Positions 48,441-57,012 of a stretch of 64,000 nucleotides of DNA are shown in pieces. This DNA is from Chloroflexota bacterium (GTDB taxonomy: Bacteria; Chloroflexota; Limnocylindria; Limnocylindrales; CSP1-4), in assembly GCA_016191395.1 (NCBI GenBank), contig JACPOS010000023.1, positions 1,290 to 65,289 of the forward strand, in the 5' to 3' direction. The notes below the pieces were generated by a model that saw only the letters and a list, made by a program, of their open reading frames with translations, had not been told where the DNA came from and searched no databases. Positions within the stretch are counted from its first letter, which is position 1. Every line of letters begins with the position of its first letter. The position numbers and the translations under genes are program-made.

Positions 48441-49528
48441 CCGATGCGCCCGGCGACCGCGGCGACTCCATGCCGACGCCCCCAGTGACGGCAGCCGGCG
48501 TGGAAGGCGAGGTCACCCGCGAGCAGCTCTCGCTGACGCGGCGGGTCCGCCAGCCGAAGACGATCATCTCCATCGTCCTGCCGATCGGGCTCCTTGCCCT
48601 GTTCGTGAAGAGCCTCCCGGGCTTCAAACTGGAGGAGCTCCCGGACAAGATCCTGGGCGCGAACCCGTGGCTGCTGCTCGCGGCGTTCACGATCTTCTAT
48701 GCCGGCTTCCCACTGCGCGGCCTGCGCTGGACGATGCTCGTCCGCCGGACCGGCTTCCGGCTCAAGGTCCGCGACGGGACCGAGATCATCTTCCTGTCCT
48801 GGCTGGTGAACTGCCTCGTGCCCGCCAAGCTGGGCGACGTCTACCGCGCATGGCTGCTCAAGATCAACAGCCCCGTCTCGCTCTCGCGGACGTTCGGGAC
48901 GGTGTTCATCGAGCGCGTCCTGGACCTGTTCGCGATCGTCGTCCTGGGGCTCGCGGCGGGCTTCGTCTCGTTCCGCAGCGGCCTGCCGGGCGACGTGCAG
49001 GTCGTCTTCCTCATCGGTGTCGTGTTCGTGCTCCTGCTTGCCGGCGGCCTGCTCACGATGCGCAACTTCGGGCGCCGGATCATCACCCGGCTGCCCCTGC
49101 CGCACCGCGTCCTGGAGTTCTACGACCGGTTCGAGGAGGGGGTGTTCGCCTCAGTCGGCCTGCGGGCGCTGCCCCGGCTGGCCCTCGTCACCGGCTTCAT
49201 CTGGGCGACGGAGGCGATGCGTTTGTACCTCGTCGTCGAGGCGCTCGGGCTGCCGGGCGTCCGCATCGGCATCAGCGGCGCGTTCTTCATCGCCCTGTCC
49301 GCGTCGCTCCTCACCGCCGTCCCGCTCACGCCGGCGGGCATCGGCTTCGTCGAGGGCGGTGTGGTTGGCCTCCTGACGATCGTCTACGGCGTCTCGCAGA
49401 CCGATGCGCTGGCGATCACCCTCGTCGACCGGGCGATCAGCGTCCTCACGATCATCATCCTGGGCTCGATCGCGTACGCGATCTCCGGCAAGCGCCGCGG
49501 CTCCGGCGTCGTCGAGGCGCCCGCCTGA
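48437..49528 (+). CDS. flippase-like / lysylphosphatidylglycerol-synthase TM-region family (UPF0104) membrane protein
   Basis: ATGA overlap with the PHP gene. About 8 TM helices with ..FPLRGLRWTMLV......LVNCLVPAKLGDVYRAWLLK.., characteristic of the family. Confidence 0.62.
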   Translation: MTDAPGDRGDSMPTPPVTAAGVEGEVTREQLSLTRRVRQPKTIISIVLPIGLLALFVKSLPGFKLEELPDKILGANPWLLLAAFTIFYAGFPLRGLRWTMLVRRTGFRLKVRDGTEIIFLSWLVNCLVPAKLGDVYRAWLLKINSPVSLSRTFGTVFIERVLDLFAIVVLGLAAGFVSFRSGLPGDVQVVFLIGVVFVLLLAGGLLTMRNFGRRIITRLPLPHRVLEFYDRFEEGVFASVGLRALPRLALVTGFIWATEAMRLYLVVEALGLPGVRIGISGAFFIALSASLLTAVPLTPAGIGFVEGGVVGLLTIVYGVSQTDALAITLVDRAISVLTIIILGSIAYAISGKRRGSGVVEAPA

Positions 49529-49568
49529 CCTGGGCGCCCGTTCAGGCGCGATTCACCGCCGAGAATCG

Positions 49569-49596
49569 AATGACCCCCGGTCGCCCGGGGGTCATT
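49569..49596. terminator. bidirectional terminator hairpin between convergent genes
   Basis: AATGACCCCCGG-TCGC-CCGGGGGTCATT is a perfect 12-bp stem with A/T-rich flanks. It lies between the gene ending at 49528 (+) and the gene ending at 49621 (-). Confidence 0.6.
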
Positions 49597-49620
49597 CCTG
49601 TGTTCGAGTGGCTCGACCGC

Positions 49621-50016
49621 TCAGTGGCCGGTCGGGTGGTCCGAGGCGTTGCCTGCGGCGGCGCCTGCGTGGGCGAGACCCGATGCGATCGCATCGCGCG
49701 CGGTGCTGATGCCCGCGAGCCCGCCAGCGTCCGCGCTGGTCGAATTCGAGGTGATCGCGTTGACGGCCTTGTCGAGGCCCGCGTTCGCGGCGGCCAGGGC
49801 GTCTGCCTGGGCATCGGTGGCGGAAACCGCACTGCCGGCTGCAACAGCCTGTGCGGCTGCGCTGGCGGCGGTCGCGAGGCCAGCGCCCGCGGCTGCGGCG
49901 GCGACTCCGGTGGCCTTGGTCAGGCCGGAGTTGGAGGCAGCGACGGTGATGGACGCCGAGACCGCGAGGGCACCGACGGAAAGCAGGAGCGCGCTGAGGC
50001 GACGAGATCGGGTCAT
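49621..50016 (-). CDS. secreted Ala-rich low-complexity protein
   Basis: ATG 50016 with a GAGGAAG SD 6 nt upstream. Signal-peptide-like MTRSRRLSALLLSVGALAVSASITVAA, then Ala/Gly/Ser-rich sequence ending in HPTGH. No family recognised. Confidence 0.45.
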   Translation of the reverse strand: MTRSRRLSALLLSVGALAVSASITVAASNSGLTKATGVAAAAAGAGLATAASAAAQAVAAGSAVSATDAQADALAAANAGLDKAVNAITSNSTSADAGGLAGISTARDAIASGLAHAGAAAGNASDHPTGH

Positions 50017-50284
50017 GAACAACTTCCTCTAGAGCTGCTGAGTGAACTTCGCGAGACCCGTGGCGGGTTCGCGGGGACGCATTGGTGGTAACGATAGGAC
50101 CCCAGTCCGCGTTGCGCGGTCAAGACGAGGTTGCGATTTCTTCTCGACCTGCACGGTCCGCACTCAATCGTCCGCGACCCAACCGGACCGCCCAGCGAGC
50201 TTCCGTGAGCCGCCGCCATCAGTCCGCGGGGCCATGTACGAACGGGGGATATGGTCCTGATCGGGGCAAGTCGAAGATCCGGGC

Positions 50285-50833
50285 ATGACGCGGACCAACG
50301 GTCGTGCCTTCAACGAGTGGCTGCGCGCCCAGCTGAAGGCCAAGAAGATGTCGCAGCGCCAGCTTGCGCAGCAGTCGGGTGTGGACCACTCGACGATCTC
50401 GCGCCTGGTGCGTGGTGACCGCATGCCCTCGCTCGGTACGGCGACCAAGCTCGCCCGCGGGCTCCGCGAGCTCGGCGAGAACGACGACGGCCCGCAGTAT
50501 CTCGGGCTCATGGGTGGCGGCGTCCAGAACCCGACCGCGCGCGTCGAATACGCCCTTCGCGCTGACGAGGCGCTGAGCGAGGCCCAGGTGCGCCAGGTCA
50601 TGGAGTACTACCTCGCGGTCCGCATGCGCCGTGTCGGCGGTGCCTTCAACGACGCCAGCCACCTCCAGCGCGCCGAGGTCGGCCAGCAGAGCGGCCGCCA
50701 CCTCGCCCCCGCCGTGAACGGCCCGATCGTCCCCCGTCCCTCGCTGGTCTCGAGCGGCGGCCGCGTCGCAACCGATTCGCGCCCGCCAATGTCGCCTCGA
50801 CTGCGGCCCGTGCGCTCCACGGACGGCTTCTGA
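50285..50833 (+). CDS. XRE-family helix-turn-helix transcriptional regulator
   Basis: ..LKAKKMSQRQLAQQSGVDHSTISRLVRGDRMPSLGTATKLARGL.. is a canonical HTH_XRE. The C-terminal half is unassigned. Confidence 0.7.
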   Translation: MTRTNGRAFNEWLRAQLKAKKMSQRQLAQQSGVDHSTISRLVRGDRMPSLGTATKLARGLRELGENDDGPQYLGLMGGGVQNPTARVEYALRADEALSEAQVRQVMEYYLAVRMRRVGGAFNDASHLQRAEVGQQSGRHLAPAVNGPIVPRPSLVSSGGRVATDSRPPMSPRLRPVRSTDGF

Positions 50834-50884
50834 CCAGCTGAACGATTCGCCGAGGGCTGCCTCCATCCCTCGGTCCAGGGGCAG

Positions 50885-50921
50885 ACGAACGCCGGCGCCC
50901 ACCGCGCCGGCGTTCGTTATT
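50885..50921. terminator. terminator hairpin between convergent genes
   Basis: ACGAACGCCGGCGC-CCACC-GCGCCGGCGTTCGT (14-bp stem) followed by TATT on the plus strand. Confidence 0.6.
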
Positions 50922-50956
50922 GGTGGCGACCCGTCAGTCGGCCACCACTCATTGCC

Positions 50957-51814
50957 TTACTTGGTGGACCAGCGGCGGGCGGCGTCGCCGAGGGGGCCCC
51001 AAGCGGAGACGGCGAAGGCGCCCGCGAGCATCGCGAGGCCGACGAGCCAAAGGACGGGCAAACCCAGCATGGCGGCGATCGGGAGCGTCCAGGGCCGGTT
51101 CGTGCGGGCGCCCCAGATCACGACGAGCGCGGCGACGGGCAGGCGGATGAGGAGCGGGATCGGGACCCAGTAAGCGCGCCCGACATCGGGCGACAGCCCG
51201 GTCGAGAGGACGTAGTCCAGCCACTGGCTCCACATGTTCGGGGCAATCATGAACGCAGCAGCCGCGATGGTCGCGGTGACCCCGATGGCGATCGACAGGC
51301 GGCGCCACTCCCCTCGCGCAACGTACCAGAGGAGGCCCACGCCCACGCTGGGCTTGGTGAGCAGCGGGATCGCCCACAGGCCCGGCCGGCGCAGCGAGCC
51401 GACGACCGCAGCCGCGAGCAGCACGTGGATGTTGCCGAGGTACAGGTCCGACGCGACGACGGGGAGCACGAGGAACGCGAGCGCCCACGGGCCCGTGAGC
51501 CACAGCAGAGCGAACCCGATCGCCAGCGTCCAGATCGCCTCGAACGCCTCGAACGGGAGCTTGCCCAGCACGGCGAAGAAGAGGGCGGCGGGCGGCGGGT
51601 ACGTGAAGGCGTCCTGCGTCGCGACGGGGCGCGTGTACGGGTTGGCGAGGTCCACCGCCCAGTACGCGTGCGCATCGCCGGCCGGAACCGGTCGCAGGAT
51701 CGCGAACGCGATCAGCACGACGATGAATGCGAGGCGCAGCATTCGATCGACCATCCGCTGGCGCCGCTTGAGGATGGTCAGGAGCGGCAGCCCGCCGATC
51801 ACGTTGCGGCTCAT
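50957..51814 (-). CDS. DUF2029/GT87-like polytopic membrane protein (putative GT-C glycosyltransferase)
   Basis: ATG 51814 forms an ATGA overlap with the upstream stop. 285 aa, about 8 TM helices, with ..AYWAVDL....FTYPPPAALFF.. It is a paralogue of 54832..55701. The N-terminal 262 codons of ORF 50957..52600 are an artefact. Confidence 0.58.
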   Translation of the reverse strand: MSRNVIGGLPLLTILKRRQRMVDRMLRLAFIVVLIAFAILRPVPAGDAHAYWAVDLANPYTRPVATQDAFTYPPPAALFFAVLGKLPFEAFEAIWTLAIGFALLWLTGPWALAFLVLPVVASDLYLGNIHVLLAAAVVGSLRRPGLWAIPLLTKPSVGVGLLWYVARGEWRRLSIAIGVTATIAAAAFMIAPNMWSQWLDYVLSTGLSPDVGRAYWVPIPLLIRLPVAALVVIWGARTNRPWTLPIAAMLGLPVLWLVGLAMLAGAFAVSAWGPLGDAARRWSTK

Positions 51815-53409
51815 CGGGTCAGCGGCGCGTAGATGGAGACGGACGTCCGAGGCGAGGCATCGAAGCGCTGGACCAGGTGCGGCGGGACCCCTTCCGGGCC
51901 GGACCCCATCTCGGTGAGCTTCGCCATCAACGCGTCCTCGGCAGGTCCGCCGCACGGATGCCCGATGGCGGACTCGAACAGGCGGTCGCAGGCCACGACG
52001 ATCACGTTGATGCCATCCGGGAAGCCCATGAGGTCGACGGCGCCGCCCGCCGGAACCCCGGCGTATTCGATCGGATAGCCGACGGCGTCGGGCAGCTTGA
52101 AGTTCGGGAGTCCGTACAGGACCACCGGGCGCCCGGCGGCGACCTCGGCGATTCGCGCCCCAGCAGCGCGCATCGCCGGCCAGCCACCATTCGGGTCGAC
52201 CGCGGGCGGCATCCTGATGACGGTGACGGCGCCCAACGCCAGGAGGTCGGCGGCGATCGCTACGATCGCGATGGCCGTGCCGAGGCTGCGCGTCGTGCGC
52301 CAGGCATCGAGCGCCCGCGAAAGGAATCCGGCTGCCGGGACGCCGACCAGGATGACGACGATCGGATCGACGAACGCGTGGTAGTGGTCGTTCGGGAGTC
52401 CCGGGACGACGCGCTGGAGTGAGGGCGCCGCGAACGCCAGTGCGAGCGTGCTCCAGGCGATGATCCCGACCAGCCAGCGAAGGCCGGTCGCCTCGGCGCC
52501 GCGGGCCCGCAGCAGCCCGAAGGCAGCGATCGCCACGACGACCACGGCGAGGATGGCGGCCAGGGCCGGGACATCCGTGATGAGGCCCATGAGCGGCCAA
52601 CCGATGATCCGGAGCAGCGTGAAGGCGACTGCCGAGACCGGCCCGCCGCCGATCGCCTCACCACCCCCACCACGCAGGTAGTCGAGCAGGAGGCCCGTCT
52701 CGCGGAAGCCGTTCTGGAGCTCGTAGGCGAGCAGGGGCAGGAACAGCACACCGACAACCGCAAGGCCGCCAATGATGCCGATCAGGGCTCCGCGGTTCCC
52801 CCGCGCCTCGAGCACGGAGAGCCCGAGGATGGCAATCAGGAACACCACGCCGAGCAGATGCAGCTGCGTGACCGCGCCCGCAGCCCCGATCGCGACCGCC
52901 CACCACCCGGCCGTCACCCGCCGGGATGCCACCTTGCCACGAACGTGCGCCCGCCACGCCGCCGCCAGCGCAAGCACGGCGAAGAACCCGATCGGGTTCG
53001 GGTTCCAGATGAACGTCGATTCCTCGATCGCGGCGGGCGACAACGCCAGGAGGACGCCGGCGATCAGGCCGGCGAGCGGCCCGCCGATCGCGCGGGCGAG
53101 CCACCACGTGAGCCCGACCGCGCCGATCCCGAGCAGCGCGATGAACGCGGTGACCGCCACCGGATCGCCATTGGAGATCGCGGCGGCCGGCGCGAGCAGG
53201 AAGTAGTAGAAGGCGCCGTGGTGGAAGTCGCCGACGGACGTCTTCGGACCCAGCAGCGGCACCACTCCGTCGCGCGTGAAGGCGAGGAGCGTCGCCATGT
53301 CGTGGCCCTGGTCGGCATCGAACGTCCCCCGCGCATCGATGCCCGGCAGACGCAGCAGCGCCGCAAGTGCAGTGACGGCGAGCAGGCTCAGCCGGTCGAA
53401 GCGGCTCAC
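51811..53409 (-). CDS. ArnT/PMT-like (GT39/GT83-type) membrane glycosyltransferase
   Basis: 532 aa. The N-terminal half has more than 10 TM helices (..LLRLPGIDARGTFDADQGHD.., ..FIWNPNPIGFF..). A soluble C-terminal domain follows. Confidence 0.7.
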   Translation of the reverse strand: MSRFDRLSLLAVTALAALLRLPGIDARGTFDADQGHDMATLLAFTRDGVVPLLGPKTSVGDFHHGAFYYFLLAPAAAISNGDPVAVTAFIALLGIGAVGLTWWLARAIGGPLAGLIAGVLLALSPAAIEESTFIWNPNPIGFFAVLALAAAWRAHVRGKVASRRVTAGWWAVAIGAAGAVTQLHLLGVVFLIAILGLSVLEARGNRGALIGIIGGLAVVGVLFLPLLAYELQNGFRETGLLLDYLRGGGGEAIGGGPVSAVAFTLLRIIGWPLMGLITDVPALAAILAVVVVAIAAFGLLRARGAEATGLRWLVGIIAWSTLALAFAAPSLQRVVPGLPNDHYHAFVDPIVVILVGVPAAGFLSRALDAWRTTRSLGTAIAIVAIAADLLALGAVTVIRMPPAVDPNGGWPAMRAAGARIAEVAAGRPVVLYGLPNFKLPDAVGYPIEYAGVPAGGAVDLMGFPDGINVIVVACDRLFESAIGHPCGGPAEDALMAKLTEMGSGPEGVPPHLVQRFDASPRTSVSIYAPLTR

Positions 53410-53450
53410 CTTCGCGGCGCCCGCCCCCGGGGCCGCGGTTGACTGCGGCG

Positions 53451-54056
53451 TCAGTTGGGGCCGGAGCGGCGGGGTGGCCCGCCCTTCGTGTACCCGCCGC
53501 CGACGACCGGCTCGATCAGCCCGTAGTCACCCTCGCTCCGGCGATACAGGATCGCGATTCGCTCGTTCTCCGCGTTGACGAACACGAAGAACGAGTGGCC
53601 GAGCTCCTCCATCTTCGCGACGGCGTCCTCCTCGAACATCGGTTCGATGTTGAATCGCTTGACCTTGACGATCCTGCCGACCCGCTCCGCGGCGGCCTGG
53701 CGCGCCGCGTCGTCCGCGGCGGTCCGGCCGCCTCCTCGCACGGTCTCGGGCGACTTGCGAACGCGGCTGGTCTCGCGATGGCTGACTGCCCTGCGCTCGA
53801 TCTTGTCGAGCACGTCGTCGATCCCGGCCTGGTGCGTTGGGGCGGCGGCCGAGCTGCGCAGGGTCTGGCCGTCGATGACGAGGGTGACGTCCACGATGTG
53901 CGAATCCTGGATGCTCCGGTGCTGCTCCACCGACAGCTCCACCGTGGCGTCCGATCGATCGTCCAGCAGGCGTTCGAGCCGGCCCAGCTTGCGTTCCGCG
54001 TAGTCGCGGACGCGCTCCGGAACCTCGTAGTTCTTGCCCTTGACGATGGTCCGCAT
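53451..54056 (-). CDS. hpf: ribosome hibernation promoting factor (long HPF)
   Basis: MRTIVKGKNYEVPERVRDYAERKLGRLERL.. plus the C-terminal dimerisation domain ..IVKVKRFNIEPMFEEDAVAKMEELGHSFFVFVNAE.. Confidence 0.92.
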   Translation of the reverse strand: MRTIVKGKNYEVPERVRDYAERKLGRLERLLDDRSDATVELSVEQHRSIQDSHIVDVTLVIDGQTLRSSAAAPTHQAGIDDVLDKIERRAVSHRETSRVRKSPETVRGGGRTAADDAARQAAAERVGRIVKVKRFNIEPMFEEDAVAKMEELGHSFFVFVNAENERIAILYRRSEGDYGLIEPVVGGGYTKGGPPRRSGPN

Positions 54057-54114
54057 TGCGCACCTCCCGGCTGCGGCTCCATCGTACCGCCGGGCCCCGG
54101 AGACGGCAGCGCCA

Positions 54115-54804
54115 TCACCGCTCCCGCGCCACGGCGACGGCCGATATGGCCATCGCGCCGGCCTCCAGCAGCGCGGTCGCGCACGCGGCGAGGGTCGCGC
54201 CGGTGGTCATCACGTCGTCAACCAGCACGATCCAGCGGCCCGCGACGTTCACGCCCGGGGCAACGCGGAACGCGCCCCGGAGGTTGGACGCCCGGTGCGC
54301 CCGGTCCAGGTCGAACTGGGCCGTCGTCGTGCGTGTCCGCTCGAGCGCGCGGAGGCTCGGCAGGCGCAGTCGTCGCGCGGCCTCGCCAGAAAGCAGGGCC
54401 GCCTGGTCGTAGCCGCGCTCGCGAACGCGATCCGGCGATGCGGGCACCGGCACGAACGCATCGCCGCCCGCCGCGACGCGGCCCCACCTGCGCGCCACTG
54501 CCGCGCCCATCAGCGGAGCGAGCCGGCGCTCACCGCCGTACTTGAGTGCGTGCACCGCGCGGCGCGTGACGCCAGTGAACGGCGCGCACCACTCCAGCTG
54601 GAGCAGCGGCGGCGGGATGTCCGCGGGCAGGCCGATCGGCACGCCCGGCTCCGCCTCCAGCCGAACGTCAAGCGCCGGCAGGCACTCCGAGCAGAGCGCC
54701 GCGCCTTCGCGCCGGCAGCCGGCGCACTGCGCGGGCAGCGCGAGGTCCAGCGCGCGATTGGCCACGGAGCCGAGAACGCCGCGAAGGCCGCCAACGAGGT
54801 CCAT
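54115..54804 (-). CDS. comFC: ComF family protein (ComFC-like phosphoribosyltransferase)
   Basis: N-terminal Cys4 (..CAGCRREGAALCSEC..) and PRTase loop ..IVLVDDVMTTGATL.. Confidence 0.8.
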   Translation of the reverse strand: MDLVGGLRGVLGSVANRALDLALPAQCAGCRREGAALCSECLPALDVRLEAEPGVPIGLPADIPPPLLQLEWCAPFTGVTRRAVHALKYGGERRLAPLMGAAVARRWGRVAAGGDAFVPVPASPDRVRERGYDQAALLSGEAARRLRLPSLRALERTRTTTAQFDLDRAHRASNLRGAFRVAPGVNVAGRWIVLVDDVMTTGATLAACATALLEAGAMAISAVAVARER

Positions 54805-54831
54805 CGCGCGAACGATGGAGCCCGGCGCTTA

Positions 54832-55701
54832 TCAGGCAGCTGCCTCGCGATTTGCGGCCGATTTGCCGGCGAGTCCGCCTGGCCCGGCGAGCCAGATCGG
54901 GATCGCGGCGGCGAGGACGGCGAACCCCTGCAGCGACAGGCCCGGGTTCGCGATAGTCACGCCCGCGACCAGGAGCAGCTCACCGGGTCGCCTGCCCACC
55001 ACTCCGCCCGCAAGCGTGAGAACGAATCCTGCCGCGGCACGAATCACGTATGGAACCGGGACGATGCTGTTCCCGACGATGCCGGAGACACCGGTAATCG
55101 CGTGAAGCCAGGCGCGCCACAGGTCCGGCTCCAGCACGAAGCTCACACCGGCGATCGCGCCGCCAACGGCCGCCGAGACTGCGACATCCCGCCACCGCCG
55201 CCGAAGGACCAGGTAGACGATCCCGAGCCCCGGGCTGATCTTGATCAGGCCCAGGATCGAGAACAGCCACGGCCATCGCTGGAGGCCAAGCACGATCCCG
55301 AGCGCCATGAAGATCTCGACGTTCTCGATGCGGACGGCCACCGCCATTGGGACGAAGGCGATCAGGGCGAGCATCTTGAGCATGGTTCGCCCCGCGAGGT
55401 CCCACAGCGCGAGGAGCATCAGACCGCGGTAGATGACCGAGAAGGCCAGCGCCGGCAGGACCAGCGTGATCGGCGCGAGGACCTGGGCCATCGGCGGGGG
55501 ATAGTGGTACGCGAACGGTTCGAAGGCCCTCTCGGGGGTGGCATAGATCGGCACGCCGTGGGCAAGTCGGTCGCCCGCGATCCAGTACGCGAGGCTGTCA
55601 CCGGGCCCGTTCCAGTAGAGCGCGACGATGACGGCGAACACGGACGCGCCGATCGCCGCGAGCAGTACCAGGACGGTGAGCCGGAGTCGCTTCGGGCTCA
55701 T
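54832..55701 (-). CDS. DUF2029/GT87-like polytopic membrane protein (putative GT-C glycosyltransferase)
   Basis: ATG 55701 lies inside ORF 54832..55872. 289 aa with ..AYWIAGDRL..G.PIY....FAYHYPPPMAQVL.. and about 8 TM helices. It starts 10 nt after the DUF192 gene. Confidence 0.58.
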   Translation of the reverse strand: MSPKRLRLTVLVLLAAIGASVFAVIVALYWNGPGDSLAYWIAGDRLAHGVPIYATPERAFEPFAYHYPPPMAQVLAPITLVLPALAFSVIYRGLMLLALWDLAGRTMLKMLALIAFVPMAVAVRIENVEIFMALGIVLGLQRWPWLFSILGLIKISPGLGIVYLVLRRRWRDVAVSAAVGGAIAGVSFVLEPDLWRAWLHAITGVSGIVGNSIVPVPYVIRAAAGFVLTLAGGVVGRRPGELLLVAGVTIANPGLSLQGFAVLAAAIPIWLAGPGGLAGKSAANREAAA

Positions 55702-55711
55702 CACGCGAGCC

Positions 55712-56083
55712 CTAGCCGAGGCGGACGACGTCACCGGCGACCGTGCCGCTCGCCTCGATGGCGCCCACCGGGAGCTCCAGGACGCCGGCTGCGCCCCGGA
55801 CCAGGGGCACGAGCCCCGTCCACGGCCGCACGTTGCGCTTCGCCGCGAGGACCGTCCGCGACCCATCGGCATGGGGCTTGCCGAGGAAGACGGCGTCGAT
55901 CGGGAAGCGCATGAAGAACATGTGGATGCCGTTCGTGCCGGTCAGCCAGAGGGCGTGGTCGGCAGGCAGGGAGCGCCGGCCCATCAGGCCCATGAACCGC
56001 GCCCACAGCGACGCGGCCGTTTCCACGGTGGTGGCGAGAAGGGTGTCGCGGGTTTCGTTCCGCGCCACGGGCGCGGCGTCCAC
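55712..56083 (-). CDS. DUF192 domain protein
   Basis: ..ARFMGLMGRRSLPADHALWL...GIHMFFMRFPIDAVFL.......AAGVLELPVGA...GDVV.. fits the DUF192 pattern. GTG 56083 lies 11 nt after the tadC stop (alternative start 56068). Confidence 0.62.
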   Translation of the reverse strand: MDAAPVARNETRDTLLATTVETAASLWARFMGLMGRRSLPADHALWLTGTNGIHMFFMRFPIDAVFLGKPHADGSRTVLAAKRNVRPWTGLVPLVRGAAGVLELPVGAIEASGTVAGDVVRLG

Positions 56084-56094
56084 GAAGTCGGCGC

Positions 56095-57009
56095 CTAGCC
56101 CAGGTTCTGCATGATGAGGATCAGTGCCGGGCCAAGGATGACCGCGAACAGGGACGGGAAGATGCACCCGACGAGCGGGAACAGCATCTTGATCGGGGCC
56201 TGCGCGGCCTGTTCCTCTGCGCGCTGGCGCCGCTCGATCCGGAGCTGCTCCGACTGGACCTGGAGCACCTTGGAGATCGACACGCCGAGCTGCTCGGCCT
56301 GGATGATCGCGCCGATGAAGTTGGTGAGCGGCTGGACCTCCGTGCGCGGGACGATGTCGCGCAGCGCCTCGCGCCGCGCCTTGCCGACGCGCACTTCCGC
56401 GAGCGCCCGCCGGAACTCGTCGACGAGCGGCCCCTTCATCTTCTCGACGACCTTGCCGAGGGCCGCGTCGAAGCCGAGGCCCGCCCGGACGGAGATCGTG
56501 AGCAGGTCAAGGGCGTCCGGGATCTGCAGGATGATGCCCTTCTGGCGCTTCTTCACGCGGCCACCGAGCCAGAACTCCGGGCCGATGTACCCGATCATGG
56601 CTCCGATCACGCCGAGCAGGAGGCCCTGCGTGATGTTGCCGCCGAGAATGCCGAACAGGATGAACAGGACGCCGCCGCCGACACCGGTGCCGATTGCCTT
56701 GATGCCCAGCCAATCCGCGACCTTCATGTCGCCGGGATTGCCCGCCTGAGCGAGGCGCTTCTCCGTTCGATCACTGAATGAGCTCGAGGTGATCCGTGCC
56801 ACCGCGCCGGACAGCCGTGCGGCAAGGGGCTTGATCGTGCGATCGAAGAACGGCTGCTGGAGCTCCAGCTCCTGGAGGTCCTTGGCCGTCATCTGGCCGA
56901 GCTGCGAGAGGCGGGCCTTGAGCGGGTCCTCTTCGCGCGCGCCGGCGATCCCGATGGTGATCAGGATGATCGCAAGCGCGGCTGCGGCCGCAACGAGAAT
57001 GCCGTCCAT
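56095..57009 (-). CDS. tadC: Tad pilus inner-membrane platform protein TadC (T2SS F family)
   Basis: T2SSF domain (..IPDALDLLTISVRAGLGFDAAL..) with an N-terminal TM helix and two C-terminal TM helices. Confidence 0.85.
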   Translation of the reverse strand: MDGILVAAAAALAIILITIGIAGAREEDPLKARLSQLGQMTAKDLQELELQQPFFDRTIKPLAARLSGAVARITSSSFSDRTEKRLAQAGNPGDMKVADWLGIKAIGTGVGGGVLFILFGILGGNITQGLLLGVIGAMIGYIGPEFWLGGRVKKRQKGIILQIPDALDLLTISVRAGLGFDAALGKVVEKMKGPLVDEFRRALAEVRVGKARREALRDIVPRTEVQPLTNFIGAIIQAEQLGVSISKVLQVQSEQLRIERRQRAEEQAAQAPIKMLFPLVGCIFPSLFAVILGPALILIMQNLG

Positions 57010-57012
57010 CGC

